A stretch of 64,000 bases of DNA from Hemiscyllium ocellatum (taxonomy: Eukaryota), in assembly GCF_020745735.1 (NCBI RefSeq), contig NC_083409.1, positions 9,661,534 to 9,725,533 on the forward strand, read 5' to 3'. Numbering within the stretch: the stretch's first letter is position 1; every line of letters starts with the position of its first letter. Shown here piece by piece: positions 46,990 through 58,999 of this stretch. The position numbers were made by a program, and so were the translations under genes. Under the pieces are notes generated by a model, which saw only the letters and a program-made list of their open reading frames with translations, was not told the DNA's origin and made no database searches.

Positions 46990-47960
46990 GCTCCTGGAAT
47001 ACCATGAGTACAGGAAGTGTGGTCAGTGACAGCAGTTGGAGCTCCGGTTTCGGAGCATGAGCAGCAGCTGGGGTCAGTGCGGAGCGTCCGTGAGGCTGAG
47101 AGGTCCGTGAAGAGCACGTTTCTAGATGTGGTCACTCCGCAGCTTCAGAGTATGCAGGGAGAGAGGGAATGGGGGAGCAGCAGACAGTGCAAAAGGACCA
47201 GGCAGCTAGTACAGGAATCCCCAGACATCCTACTCTCCAACCAGGATTCAGTTCAGAATCCTGATGCGAATGATGGTTCATCTGGGGAGTGCAGCCAGAG
47301 CCAGGTCCATGGCACCACGGGGGGCTCAGCTGTACAGGGGGGCACAAGGAAGACTGGAAGAGTGATAGTGAGAGGGGATTGGAGAGTGAAGGCAGTCGAT
47401 AGGTGTTTCTGCAGCTGCAGATGGGAATCCAGGATGGTGTGTTGTCTCCCTGGTGCCAACGTCAAGGATATCACTGAGTGGCTGCAGACCACCCTGAGGG
47501 GAGAGGGGGAACAGGCAGCAGTTCGTGGTCCACATCGGTCCCAGTGACAGAGGGAGAAAAGGGATGTAGTCCTGCAGTCAGAGGTTTTGGAGCTTCCTAC
47601 TTTTAAGTAATCTGGGAGCTTCCTACTTTTGAGTTCCTGCTGCTAATTAGTAGCAGGAAGTCAAAAGTAGGAATCTCCAGATTACTCCCAGTGCCCCACG
47701 CAAGTGAAAAAGGGCTCAGGCCCGAAACATCGACTCTCCTGCTCCTTGGATGCTGCCTGACCTGCTGCGCTTTTCCAGCAACACATTTGCAGCACCCCAC
47801 ACAAGTGAGAATAGAATCAGGAGGTGAACACAGGTGATTGCTGGGCTGGAAAGAGGATCCATGAGGGAGGGCTTTAGATTTTTGTGAGGTGGTTTACTAC
47901 TGTTAGAGAGAGTTTAAACTAACTTGGCAGGGGTGTGGGAGCCAGGGGCGAATATCAGAG
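46990..47960 (+). mobile_element. CR1 ORF1 fragment with SGNH/GDSL esterase domain
   Basis: RVIVRGDWRVKAVDRCFC..RMVCCLPGANVKDITEWLQ is the esterase block I-II typical of CR1 ORF1p. Interrupted by a hairpin at 47607-85 and a PLE insert at 47708-94. Confidence 0.75.
47708..47794 (+). mobile_element. Very short PLE-derived insertion with 14-bp TSD
   Basis: aaagggctcaggcccGAAAC.. flanked by CCCCACGCAAGTGA (47694-707) and CCCCACACAAGTGA (47795-808). Confidence 0.75.
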
Positions 47961-48194
47961 AGGAACACCAAGGACCACAGAATCCTCACAGCAGTCAATA
48001 AGTCACCACCCAGTGGGAAGGATGTGGAGAAATACAAATGCAAGGAATTTACAGAGACCTGCAAATATGATAGAGCCGTTATAAATGTGGGGGGGGTCTT
48101 TAATTTCTGAATATAGTGACCAGACTGGCAAAAGTATGTTTAGGTGAATTTTCAGGTGGCATTGGTGGCTTAGTGGTGGCTCAGGGGTGGGGGT

Positions 48195-48507
48195 CAGCAT
48201 GGTGGCTCAGTGGTTAGCACTGCAGCCTTATAGTACCAGGGTCCCAGGTTTGAATCCAGCCTTGGGTGACTGTCTGTGTGGAGTTTGCACATTCTCCCTG
48301 TGTCTGCGTGTTTTTCCTCCGGGTGCTCTGGTTTCCTTCCACAGTCCAGAGGTGTGCAGGTCAGGTGAATTGGCCATGCTAAATTGTCCATAGTGTTTGA
48401 TGCATTACTGAGAGGGAAATGGGTCTGGGTGGGTTACTCTTTGGAGATCAGTGTGGACTTGTTGGGCCAAAGGGCCTGTATCCACACTGTCGAGAATCTA
48501 ATCTAAT
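48195..48507 (+). mobile_element. HE1-type SINE
   Basis: Full consensus with (ctaat)n tail. Confidence 0.85.
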
Positions 48508-48519
48508 CATTGGCAGTGA

Positions 48520-50925
48520 AGAAGGCTGTCTAAGAATACAATGGAATCTTGACCAACTGGGCCAGTCAGCTGTGGACTGGCAGATGGAGTTTAATTCAGA
48601 TAAATGGGAGTGCTATATTTTGGTAAGACACAAGAGATGGGTGAGATCCTGAACAAATACTTTAGGTCAGTATATATTGTGGGGAAAGCTAGGGAATTTG
48701 GAAAAATAGTGATGTCTTGAAAAGAGAACACATCTAAATGAGGAGACGCTAAAGATCTTAAAACACATAAAGGTAGATAAACCCTAGGACCTGATCAGGT
48801 GTATCCCAGAACATTGTGGCAACTGGGGAAGAGATTTTTGGGACCCTTGCTGAGATATATGTATCATCGGTAACCATGGATAAGGTGCTGGAGAAACAGA
48901 GAGGTTGGCTAAGATTATGCCATTATTTCTGAAAGGAAAAGCAAGGGAACTATAGACCAGTGAGCCTGATGTCAGTGCTGGGTAAGATGTTGGAGTGGAT
49001 TCTGTGGGACAGGATTTACATCGTTTGGATAATCAGTGTGGCTTTGTGCATAGGAAATCATGTCTCCTGAATTTGATTCAGGAGGTGACCAAAAGAATTG
49101 ATGAAGACAGAACAGTAGACATTGTCAATATGGACTTCAGAGTAAAGTGTTTGACAAGGTTCCACATGATAGACTGGTTGTGAGGTTAGACCACATGGGA
49201 TCCAGGGGGAGCGAGCCATTGGAGTCAAAAAATTGGCTTGAAGATTGGAGGCAGAGAGTGTTGGGAAAAGGTTGCTTTTCAGACTGGAGATCTGTGAATA
49301 GCTGTGTGCCACAAGGAATGGTGCTGAGTCCACAAATGCTTTTCATCATTTAAAGAAATGATTTGGATGTGAATATAGGAGTTACGGTAAGTTTGTAAAT
49401 GACACCAAAATTGGTGGGACAGTGGATAGTGAAGAAGATTATCTCAGGGTACAGCGGGACCTTGATCAGATGGGGCAATGGGCAGAAGAGTGGCAAATGG
49501 AGTTCAGTTTAGATAAATGTGAGATGTTGCATTTTGGAAAGGCAAACCAGGGCAGGAGTTATACAGTTAATGGGAGGGCCCTGTGGAGTGTTGCTGAATA
49601 ACACACCTAGGGGTGAAGATGCAGGTACATTATTCCTTGAAAGTGGGGTCACAGGTAGACAGGGTGATGAAGAAGGTGTTTGGTTTGCTTGCTTTTGTTC
49701 ATCACTGCATTGAGTACAGGAGTTGGAACATAATGTTACAGCAGTACAGGAGATTGGTGAGGCCACTTTGGGAATGATGTGAACAATTCTATCATCCTGA
49801 GGTAGGAAGGATGTCGTTAAACTTAAAAAGCTGCAGAAAAGATTTACAAGGATGTGGCCAGGATTTGGAGGGTTTGAGCTGTCGGGAAAGGCTGAAGAAA
49901 CTGGGGCTATATTCCCTGCAGCATCTAAGGCCTTGGGATGACGTTATAGATGTTTATAAAACCATGAGGGGCATGAACTGAGTGTATATCCAAGGTCTTT
50001 TCCGTGGAAAAGGGATTCCAAAACAAGAGGACATAAGTTTAAGGCGAGAGGCAAAAGATTCAAAAGGGACCTGAGGGGTAACTTGTCACACAGAGGGTGG
50101 TGCGTGTCTGGATTGAGCTGCCAGAGAAAGTGTTGGAGGTGGTTACAATTACAGCATTTAAAACACATTGGGATGGGTACATGGATAGGCTGGTTTTCGA
50201 GAGATGGAAGCCAAATGCTGGCAAATGGGATGAGATCAGTTTAGGATATTTGGTTAGCATGGACAAGTTGGACTGAAAGGTCTGTTTCCACGCGGTATGA
50301 CTCTGTGACTATGAGTTGCTGGAAAAGCTGAGACTTCTTACCCTGAAGCGGAAGGTTCTGAGGAGTGACCTTGTAGAGGTTTGGAAAATCATGAGGGACA
50401 TAGATAATGTGAAGAATTCTGGAAGGAGGCGAATGTTTTGTAGCGATGGCAAAAATTGTTCCCAAAGATCATTCCAGGGATGAGGAACATCAGTTATGAA
50501 GTTTGATTGGAGAATTTGGGACTGTCTTCTTTGGAGAAGGCTGAGAGGAGATTTGTTCAAGGAATTCAGAGTCAGGAAGGGCCTGGACAGAGTAAATAGG
50601 GAGAAAATGTTCCCAATTAAGAAAGGATTCAGACCAAGAGACCACAGATCGAAAGCAATTGGGAAAAGTAACAAAAGTGAGATGGGGAACAACATTTTTA
50701 GCCAGTGAGTGGTTAAGGTGTGGAATGCACTGCCTGAGAGTGTGATGGAGGCAGCTTCAATTAAAACATTCCAAAGGGAATGAGAATGTTAGTTGAAAAG
50801 GAACACTGTGCAGGGTGGCAGGGAGAAGGCAGGAGAATGACGCTCAGTGAATTGCTCATTCAGAGAGCCGGTCCAGACAGGATGGGTGGAATGGTCTCTT
50901 TGTACACTGTAACAATTCTGTGATT
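48520..50925 (+). mobile_element. Nested and decayed CR1 ORF2 fragments and 3' ends
   Basis: RT motifs (GNYRPVSL, VDIVNMDF..FDKVPHDRL, VPQGMVLSP, DTKIGG). Two distinct 3' ends at ~50310 and ~50925. Confidence 0.8.
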
Positions 50926-51365
50926 GTGTGATTGAGCAGAGTTAAAGCTGGGGGAGGTGGGAGCTTGGTGTATCACTGTGCTGCTGCTGCTGAGGTCAGT
51001 GAGATCAGAGACTGGGACAGGGATCCAGAGCTCACATCAAAATCTGCCTGTGTCTGTCACACTGAGACTGGCAGGAGGCTACTCACTGATTTCACTCCAT
51101 GCTGCAGGAATGGGACCACAGGCTGAAAATGGACAGAGCTCCTCCACACAGTGAGTAAAACTGACTGACTTCTGTCTTGCTGCTTAAGCGGGGCAATGGA
51201 ACTAAAGAAGTACAGCTGGACACCCTGTTCGACACAGTGCTCCTCAATCAACCATTTCATTCACTGCAGCTCCCCACTAACACCTTCAACAATTCAGCAT
51301 TTGTGTTTTAGAAAGTGTATTTCAGTATTGACAGGGTTAATAACGGACAATTGAGGTTTACTTGC

Positions 51366-51400
51366 TCAGTCTGAGTTTGGTTCCTTTACCGAACGTGTAC
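51366..51400 (-). CDS. IGKJ: Ig kappa J segment (YTFGKGTKLRL)
   Basis: FGxG motif. The exon must end at CTGA| to join C in phase (LRLS-HDN), and the donor at that point reads GCAAGT rather than GT. Confidence 0.9.
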
Positions 51401-51439
51401 CACAGTGAGAGCTCCCAGTGCAGAGGCTGTATAAAAATT
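51401..51439 (+). promoter_or_regulatory. 23-bp-spacer RSS of J
   Basis: CACAGTG (51401-07), exactly 23 nt, then ATAAAAATT (degenerate nonamer; consensus ACAAAAACC). Confidence 0.8.
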
Positions 51440-51883
51440 TCTGCTCTCTGCTTCCCCCTGTCACTCTCAACCTCTCCCTGTCTCTCTCTGTCTCTGTCTA
51501 TTCTTGGTCAATCTCATTCACTCCCTACCCCTCTCTGTCTCTCCCTCATTCATGTGTCTTTCTCTCTCTGTCTCCCTGGGTTGTGTCCAGCTACTCTCGG
51601 GGGTTTGTGAAATTGAGTTTTCATTGTTAAATTTTGCAGCTGTTCTTCACATGTGGCCATGGAGTGTAAGAGGGAAACTTGAGGCCTTCAGTGAGCGGTG
51701 GACACCACAGGGACTGGAGTGTGTAGTGGACAGTGACAAACCCAGCATGGGGTAATTTGTTCAATTTACTTTATATATAACTGTGGACGTGTCAGTGCAG
51801 GAGTTGGGACTATCTGTCCCTTATTATACATTTCATATAACTGTTGGATGTGTCAGTACAGGAGGTGGTGGTGTGCGTGTTGA

Positions 51884-51911
51884 GGTTTTTGTATGGCTCT
51901 GTATCACTGTA
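51884..51911 (-). promoter_or_regulatory. 12-bp-spacer RSS of V, with mutated heptamer
   Basis: Minus strand: TACAGTG, 12 nt, then the perfect nonamer ACAAAAACC. The invariant first C of CAC is T. Confidence 0.85.
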
Positions 51912-52207
51912 AAGGCTGCTGCTATACTGCTGACAGTAATAGTCAGCGACGTCTTCATTCTGAACGTTGCTGATTGTCAGGGTGAAACTGGCCCCTGATC
52001 CACTGCCGGTGAATCGATGGGAGACTCCTGTGAATCGATTTGTTGCAGCATAGATCAGGAGAGAGGGTTTCTGACCTTCTCGCGGCTGGTACCAAGCAAG
52101 GTTGCTGCTAATGCTTTGACTGGTCATCCAGGTGGTGGTTGCAGTCTGGCCCAGTCCCACTGACAGCACCGGGGGAGACTGGGTCATGATGATGTCCCCA
52201 CTGATAC
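51912..52207 (-). pseudogene. IGKV: Ig kappa V exon, open frame but first Cys replaced by Trp
   Basis: [88 protein letters not shown]. Acceptor cctcAG at 52209-08. Confidence 0.9.
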
Positions 52208-52391
52208 CTGAGGGGTCAGAGAGAAACAGTGAAGTCACAACTGTCACAGAAAGAGCCGGTCAAATGAGAGATTGTTGGAGACACTGAGCATTCCTCTGGT
52301 TTCAGCATTTTCCCTTCAATCACAAGTCAGTGGAATTGGAGTGAAATGGAGAGCAGCTAAAGATTCAAGGTGGAAGGAGAGAGATTTGTAC

Positions 52392-52440
52392 CTGCGACAC
52401 AGAATGCCAGGGGCCAGATCAGCTGGATGTGTGAAATCAT
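52392..52440 (-). CDS. IGKV: Ig kappa leader exon (MISHIQLIWPLAFCVA-G)
   Basis: ATG at 52440, 49-nt exon, phase-1 donor G|GT. Joins the V exon in frame. Confidence 0.88.
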
Positions 52441-52500
52441 GGTGTGTGCTCCTGTCCCTGTGCCTGGTTCCTGATAAACTCTCCCTTCACTGGGCTCTGC

Positions 52501-52554
52501 TTTATAAAGCTGCAGCCTGTGAGAGTCTGACTGGGTGTTCCTCAGTATGTAAAT
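52501..52554 (-). promoter_or_regulatory. V-kappa promoter: TATA box and octamer variant
   Basis: TATAAA (52506-01) and ATTTACAT (52554-47, one mismatch to ATTTGCAT) lie upstream of the leader ATG in light-chain orientation. Confidence 0.7.
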
Positions 52555-52914
52555 GGCATCAGGCAGAGAGAGCCACGTCAGCCCCACACACTTCCTCTTC
52601 TCTCTCTCTCTCTCTCGCTGTCTCTCTCAGAGAATCATTGATGTGAACAACATTGAATGATGCCATTTGGCCCATTGTGTCTGTGTGAGTAAACAAAGAT
52701 CTGATGACACTAATCCCATCCTCCAGCTCTTGGCCCATCACCCTGGAGGCAACAGCAACACGAGTGAATATCTAAACACTGCTCCAATGTCACGAGAGTT
52801 TGTGACTCAACCTGCCTTTCGGGCAGTGAGTTCCAGATTCCCACCACCCTCTTGGTTAAAACATTTCTCCACAATTCTCCTCTCACTCCAATTTGACTGG
52901 GCCTGGACTCACTC

Positions 52915-53290
52915 AAGTCCAGAAGAATGAGAGGGAATCTGATTGAAATGTATAAAATTCTAACAGGGCTGGGCAGGGAGGAGGTTTCCCCTGGTTGGGA
53001 AGTCTGGAATCAGGGGACCCAGTCTCAAGGGGATACAGGGTAGACCATTTAGGACTGAGATGAGGAAACATTTCTTCACTCAGAGGGTAGGACAACTTGG
53101 AACTCAAGGAACTGAATAAATTCAACAAAAAGAGAGAGATAATTGTTTTGCATTTTAACAGCATGAAGGGAATGGGGAGAAAGCAGGAATATGGTTTTAA
53201 GATGGAGGATCAGCCATGATCATACTGAATGACAGAGCAGTCTCAAAGGGCCAAAAGGCCTACTCCAGTTCCGAGTTTCTATGTGTCCAT
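52915..53290 (+). mobile_element. CR1-type LINE 3' end
   Basis: aatctgattgaaatgtataaaattct..gactgagatgagg..atcagccatgatcatactgaat. Confidence 0.8.
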
Positions 53291-53544
53291 GTCTGTGTTA
53301 CCTGGGACACAGGTTATTGAGTCCTTTACTGATATATAAAGTGCCTTCTTACCCACGCTATCACTGCCCCAAATAATCTTATCCCCCTCTATCATGTCCC
53401 CTCTCAGCCTTCACTGCTCCAAGGAAACAATCCCAACCTTTCCAAGATTTCCCCACAGCTGACCCTCCATCCCAGGCAGCATCTTGGTAAATCTCTGCAC
53501 CCTCAAGTACAGTCACATCCTTCCCAGAATGTGATGACCAGGAC

Positions 53545-53995
53545 CTATCCACCTCTCTCTCTCTCTGTCTCACATCTGCCACTTCTTTCTCTCTATCTCT
53601 CTCTCTCCTACTGTTAATCTCTTTCATGTTCTCTCTCTCTCTCACTCTATCTCATAGCCACTCTCCCCAATTCACTCATGCTTTCTCACTCCATCTCATA
53701 ATCTTTATTTTTCCATCTCTCAATGTCTCCATAACTCCTTCCCTCTCTCGCTTCAATTTAAATCCTCTGTTTATCTCTCCTCTCTATACCTCCCTCTGTC
53801 TCTCTCCCTCCCTCTCTGTATTCCCAATCTACAGCCCCACTCCCTCCCTCTCTGTCATTCTGTTTCTAATCATACTCATGTCTCTCACTTCTCTCTCTCT
53901 CTCTCTCTGGCGCGCGCACACACACGCACACACACACACACACACACACGTACAGACACTCACCCTTTGTCTCTGACTCACTTCTCTCTCTTTCT
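53545..53995. repeat. (CT)n-rich tract with an embedded (CG)(CA)n microsatellite
   Basis: Pyrimidine-rich low-complexity sequence; strictly alternating purine-pyrimidine at 53910-53953. Confidence 0.9.
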
Positions 53996-54444
53996 CAGTG
54001 TCCCAGGTTGTGGCAGTTGAATTCAGGATGAATCTCCCTCTCTCTGCCTCACTCATGGATGTTAACCCTTGACCCCAGAAGCATGTTTTCTCCTGGACTA
54101 AGGCCCCATTTTCCACATTGACCTGGATTTGGCCTCTCTCAGAAAGATGGCTAGATTCTTGTCAAATGAAGGGCAGTTCTGTGCTTTTGGCCTGTTCTCA
54201 TTGGAGACTGGTTTGGACACAAAGCTCATTCCATGAAGGCCCAGCAGAGAGAGGAGATCCTCAGGCCATCAGTGTGAGCTGGAGGGACAGCACAGGCTCT
54301 GACCCACTGATCCAGCCTGTCCATTCACAACATTTTCTAATCCCTTCCCCTCTCCTACCCCTCTCTTTCCCTTTCCATGATCAGTCTATGAGTCAGGGTG
54401 TTTTACTGGGATGTGGGTTGAACCATTAACACAGTTACAACAGA

Positions 54445-56000
54445 AAGGAACCGAACCCCACACTCACCTTGGTGTCCATGATGCACTGGACTCTCCTACA
54501 GAGTCCAGTAAACATGGCCTCCTTCCTGCAAGAGCCTCCACTAGAGACCAGTAAACATTGGTCTCCTTCTGACTGGATCCTCCAAGACAGACCAGTAAAT
54601 ATGGGCCTCCTAATCACTGGAACTTCCAGTGGAGATGAGTAGATGGTTGAGTTTTTGAAGAAGTAAGCAAGAAGATAGGTAAAGATAGATTAGTACACTC
54701 TGTCTACATGGAGTTAATACAAGGTTCCCTATGGTAGACTGCTCAGTAAGATTATATCACACAGGATCCAGGGAGAGCTTGCCAATTGGATATAAAATTG
54801 GCCTGATGGTAGGAGGCAGAGGCTGGTGAGAGAAGGTTGTTCTTTAGACTGGAGGCCAGTGACCAACTGCCTGTCACAAGAATTGATCCTGGATCCACTG
54901 TTGTTCATCATTTATATGAACAATTTGGATGAGAAAATAGAAGGAATGGTCAGTAAGTTTGTGGCTGACGTTAAAATTATTGGCATAGTGGACAGGGAAG
55001 AAGGTTATCCAAGAGTGCAATGTCATCTTGATCAACTGGGCCAGTGGGTCAACAAATCCAGATGGAAATTTTGATAAATGGAAGGAGTTGCATTTTGGTA
55101 AGACAAACCAGGGCAGGAATTACACAATTAATGGTAGAGCCATGGGGAGTGTTGTTGAACAGAGAGACTGAGGGGTACAGGTACATAGTTCCTTGGAAGT
55201 GGGGTCACAGGTAGACAGGGTGGTGAAGAAAGTATTTGGCATGCTCACCTTCACTGGTCAAAGCAGGGAGTACAGGAGTTGGGACATGTTACAGCTGTAC
55301 AAGGCACTGGTAAGGCCACATTTGGACACAGTACATTTCTGCTCATCCTGGTATAGGAAGGAAGTTATCACAGTGGTTTGAACAAAAGAAAGATTAACAG
55401 GGATGTTATCAAGATTGGAGGATTTGAATTACAAGATGAGGATGAATAGGCCAAGATGTTTTTCCAAGGAATGCAGGAGATTGAGGGGTGACCTTATAGA
55501 GGTTGTAGAATCATGAGGGTCATAGATAAGGTGAATAGTCAAGGTAGGAGATTCCAGTATTAGAAGGAGTAGGCTTAAGTTGAGAGGGGAAAGAATTAGA
55601 AGGAAACTGAGAGGCAACATTTTCGCACAGAGGTTAGTGTGTATGTGTAAATGAGCTGCAAGAAGAATTCGTAGAGGTGAGTACAATTAATACATTTCAA
55701 GGACATTTTTACAGGAACATGGATAGGAAGGATTTAGAGAGAATTGGGCCAAACACATGCAAATGGGACGAGTTCAGTTTTGGATACTTGGTCGGCATGG
55801 ATGAGTTGAGCTGAACGGCCTGATCCCATGCTGTAAACCTCTATGACTCTTTGATGATGTATACATGGACCTCCTTCCAATAGACACGAATAAGCATGGA
55901 CCTCTTTCCACTGGAACCTCCAATAGACACCAATAAACAGGGACATCCTTCCCACTGGATGCTTCAGAAGAGACCAGTAAACATGGCCTTCCTTCCCTCA
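54445..56000. repeat. ~42-bp degenerate minisatellite split by a CR1 insertion (54690-55850, +)
   Basis: Units like agaccagtaaacatggcctccttc..ctgga.cctcca occur at 54445-54640 and 55860-56000, with CR1 RT text between them. Confidence 0.7.
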
Positions 56001-58339
56001 GGACTGTCCAGCACCTGAGCTGCAAACTCCACATCCTCTCCATCACGTATGCCTCTTATTTCAATCTCAACAACATTGTCTCTGCACTGCCTCGGCCCCT
56101 TGACCACAGAAACCCTAATTCCTGCTCGTCCTGCCCCCTAACTCTATGATTCTAATGTCCTCTCCCAGCTTCCTAAAGCCATATTCTATAAACTCCAATT
56201 TGTCTGATATGGAGTGGGCCCTTCCCTGTCTTATCCATCTGTCATTCCAGAATGACCCCATACCTCACTGCCAGCCAATTGCCTCCATGGCCACCCTCCT
56301 CCCTCCGTCTGTGTCCTGCTGCAGACTCACATTCCCTCCCTCCCCCTTCCATCTTCTGTCTCTGGGCTCCTGTCCATTACTGCTTGCTCCATCCCACCAT
56401 TGACAGCAGAGCCTTCAGACCCCTACAGCATGCTCTCTGACCTCCTGCCCTTGATCCCTCCCCCTCTCAATGGTTGTGCTATTGAATATACTGTTCAATC
56501 CCATCACTTTTAGTTCACTGTTCCCTTGCCATTGATTTGCTGAATTATTCCTCATCAGTAAATCTAGTCTGGCCTGTTCCTTGAGTTGATTCAAGAGAGT
56601 TTTCCTTGAGAAAACACTCTTCTGTAAACTGGGTTGTCTGTTTCTCCCAGTCTTTGTGTAAAGGTGAGTCTAAGTGTGTGTAAGCTCTAAAACAGCACAG
56701 ACAGAGGTCACTGGGCTAATTGTGACTGTTAGTCAAATTAGTCCAATGAGTCCCATTTACGCAGCCCTTCCTGTATAACCCTGCAATTATTTCCTTTTCA
56801 GCTATTTCTCCAAATGCCCTTTTGAAAGTTGCTGTTGAATCCACTTCCACTCACCTTGCAGACAGTCATCATGAACTCGCTGGATAAAAAATGTTCCTAT
56901 CCTCTCTCTTGTACTTTAGACTTTTTCTGAAATGTGTGCCCTCTGGTTACTGACCCTCCTGCCTGGAGAAACAATTTGTCCTGTATTTACTGCATCCAGA
57001 CTCTCTAACTGTGAACCCTTCATTGAGTGAGACCTATTTCCAGCACAGGGGGAGAACTTTCAGCCTGTCAGGTAAATGCTGTCATTTCATGGAGCAATCC
57101 AGTCAGTCCCACCCCCTCCCCTACTCGACCCCCAGGGCCTTGCAGGTTTATTTCCATCAAGAGCCCATGAAATCTGCCATTGCAATCACTGAGTGTCTTC
57201 ACCTGTCTCACCTGAATGGGCACTAATTTCCAAGACTTTGCCAATTGCTGCTAAAATCAAAGTTCTGTCTGACATTCCATATCTCTTGCCCAACAGAATG
57301 TAAGATAATCTCAAAGGAAAGACAGGATTTTGTCTCCTCACGGACTGTGCGGTGGTCACCCTTACTGATACTGTCATGGACAGATACACCAGCAGCAGGC
57401 AGGTTGGTGAGGGTGATAGTGAGTATGTTTTTCCCTCTTGTTGGTTCCCTCACCACCTGCCCCAGGTCCAGTCTCGCAGCTGAATCAGGTGGAACCTGAC
57501 CAGCTTGCTCAGTAGTGATGCTTCTGAGCAGCTCTTGATGGTGGACTTTGAAGTCCCTTCCTCAGGGTATATCCTGCATCATTCCCATCCTCTGTGCTCC
57601 CTCCAAGTGTTGTTCAACATGGAGGACTGACTGCTCAGTTGAGGTTGGAGGGGAGGGCGGTGCTATGTGGTAATCAGCAGGAGGTTTCCTTCCCCATGTT
57701 TGACCTGCTGTCATGAGGCTTCATGGGTTCCATAGTTAATGGTGAGCACTCCCAGGGCAACTCCCTTCCGACTGTACACACCACTGTGTTGCTTCCCTTG
57801 CTTGGTCTATCCTGCCAGTTAAAAACTGAATGAGGGAACAATTCTGTGCAGGTTCCACAGCTTGGAGACAGAGCTGCTGCTGGATTCTGTTTCTGATCTC
57901 CGAGTGCAGGCGTGTGTGTTTGTGAGAGAGTGACTGACACTTTTTCCAAAACTGTGCTGTTTCTGCAAAAAATATATCCTAGAACCAGCCTCCTGTGCTG
58001 TCAGATTCCAGGGAGTGTAGATGGTTCACAGTTTTCTCCCGTCTCAGTAACAAACACCCAGCTGCTCCGAGCTCCTTCTTTCACTTCCTCTTTTGGTGAA
58101 GTTTCAACCTTGTGCTCTGACAGTCTTTACAGTTATTTTTTACACTGGGACTTTCTGCTGTGGTCAGAATCTCTAATAATAAGTGTCCAATCAGTGACAA
58201 TCACAGCAGCTAAGAGTAGTCAGGACTGAGGAGCCAGGCTCACTGGGAAACATATTGGGAAGATCAAAGTCATCCTCTTCAGATCCTGGTATAAACTCCA
58301 TCCCTTTCCCTGAGCACTGTCTGCTGCTCAACCAGACTC

Positions 58340-58690
58340 TTTACAAACTGGGTCTCATGTTTGAGAATGATCTAATCCCCATATCTTCCATATCACAAAG
58401 ATCAGCCACTGAAAATCTCTGCCATGTTTATGGGGCTCCAAACATGACCATTCCAATAACTGATGCACATCACAGCCACTGCCCTCTGTATCCTTCAGCT
58501 CATCCAAAATTCTGCAGCCCGTATCCAAACTTGCACCAAGTCCCGTTCCCACAACCCCCTGCACCTCGTGCCTAGATTGGCTCCTGGGCGAGCAACACCT
58601 CGATTTTTCAAATTCTCATCCTTGTTCTCAAATCCCTCTCTGCCCTCCACCCTCCCTATCTCTGTAACCTCCTCCAAGCTGCCTCACTCC
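58340..58690 (+). mobile_element. L2-type LINE 3' fragment
   Basis: LQLIQNSAARIQTCTKSRSH..LAPG..FKFSSLFS.SL..TLP.YLCNLL resembles the L2 RT C-terminus. Confidence 0.65.
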
Positions 58691-58999
58691 GTGTGGTCAG
58701 CAATCTTGGATAATTGGCTCTCTATTCCTTCATCCAAGTCATTGAGAAATATCGTGAAATACTGAGGCCCCTGCACAAATCCCTGGGGACACCACTATTC
58801 ACATCTTGTTCTTTGAAGAGCACACACAGTATCCCTCTTCTCTGTCTCCTATCTCCAAACTAATTCCGAACCAAAGACAAATACTTTTCTATCACTGTCT
58901 TGATGATAGGAAGCAGAGGGTAATATTGGAAGGATGCTTGTCAGACTGGAGGCCTGTGTTGAGTGGAGTGCCTCAGGGCTCAGTGCTGGCCCCATTACT

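Noticed and set aside
51076-51153. Heptamer CACAGTG with a GTGAGT donor ~60 nt away, a possible second J
   Set aside because: No FGxG frame and no nonamer at 12 or 23 nt.
54445-54640. Regularly spaced repeats resembling a CRISPR array
   Set aside because: Vertebrate DNA with degenerate tandem units and no unique spacers or cas genes.
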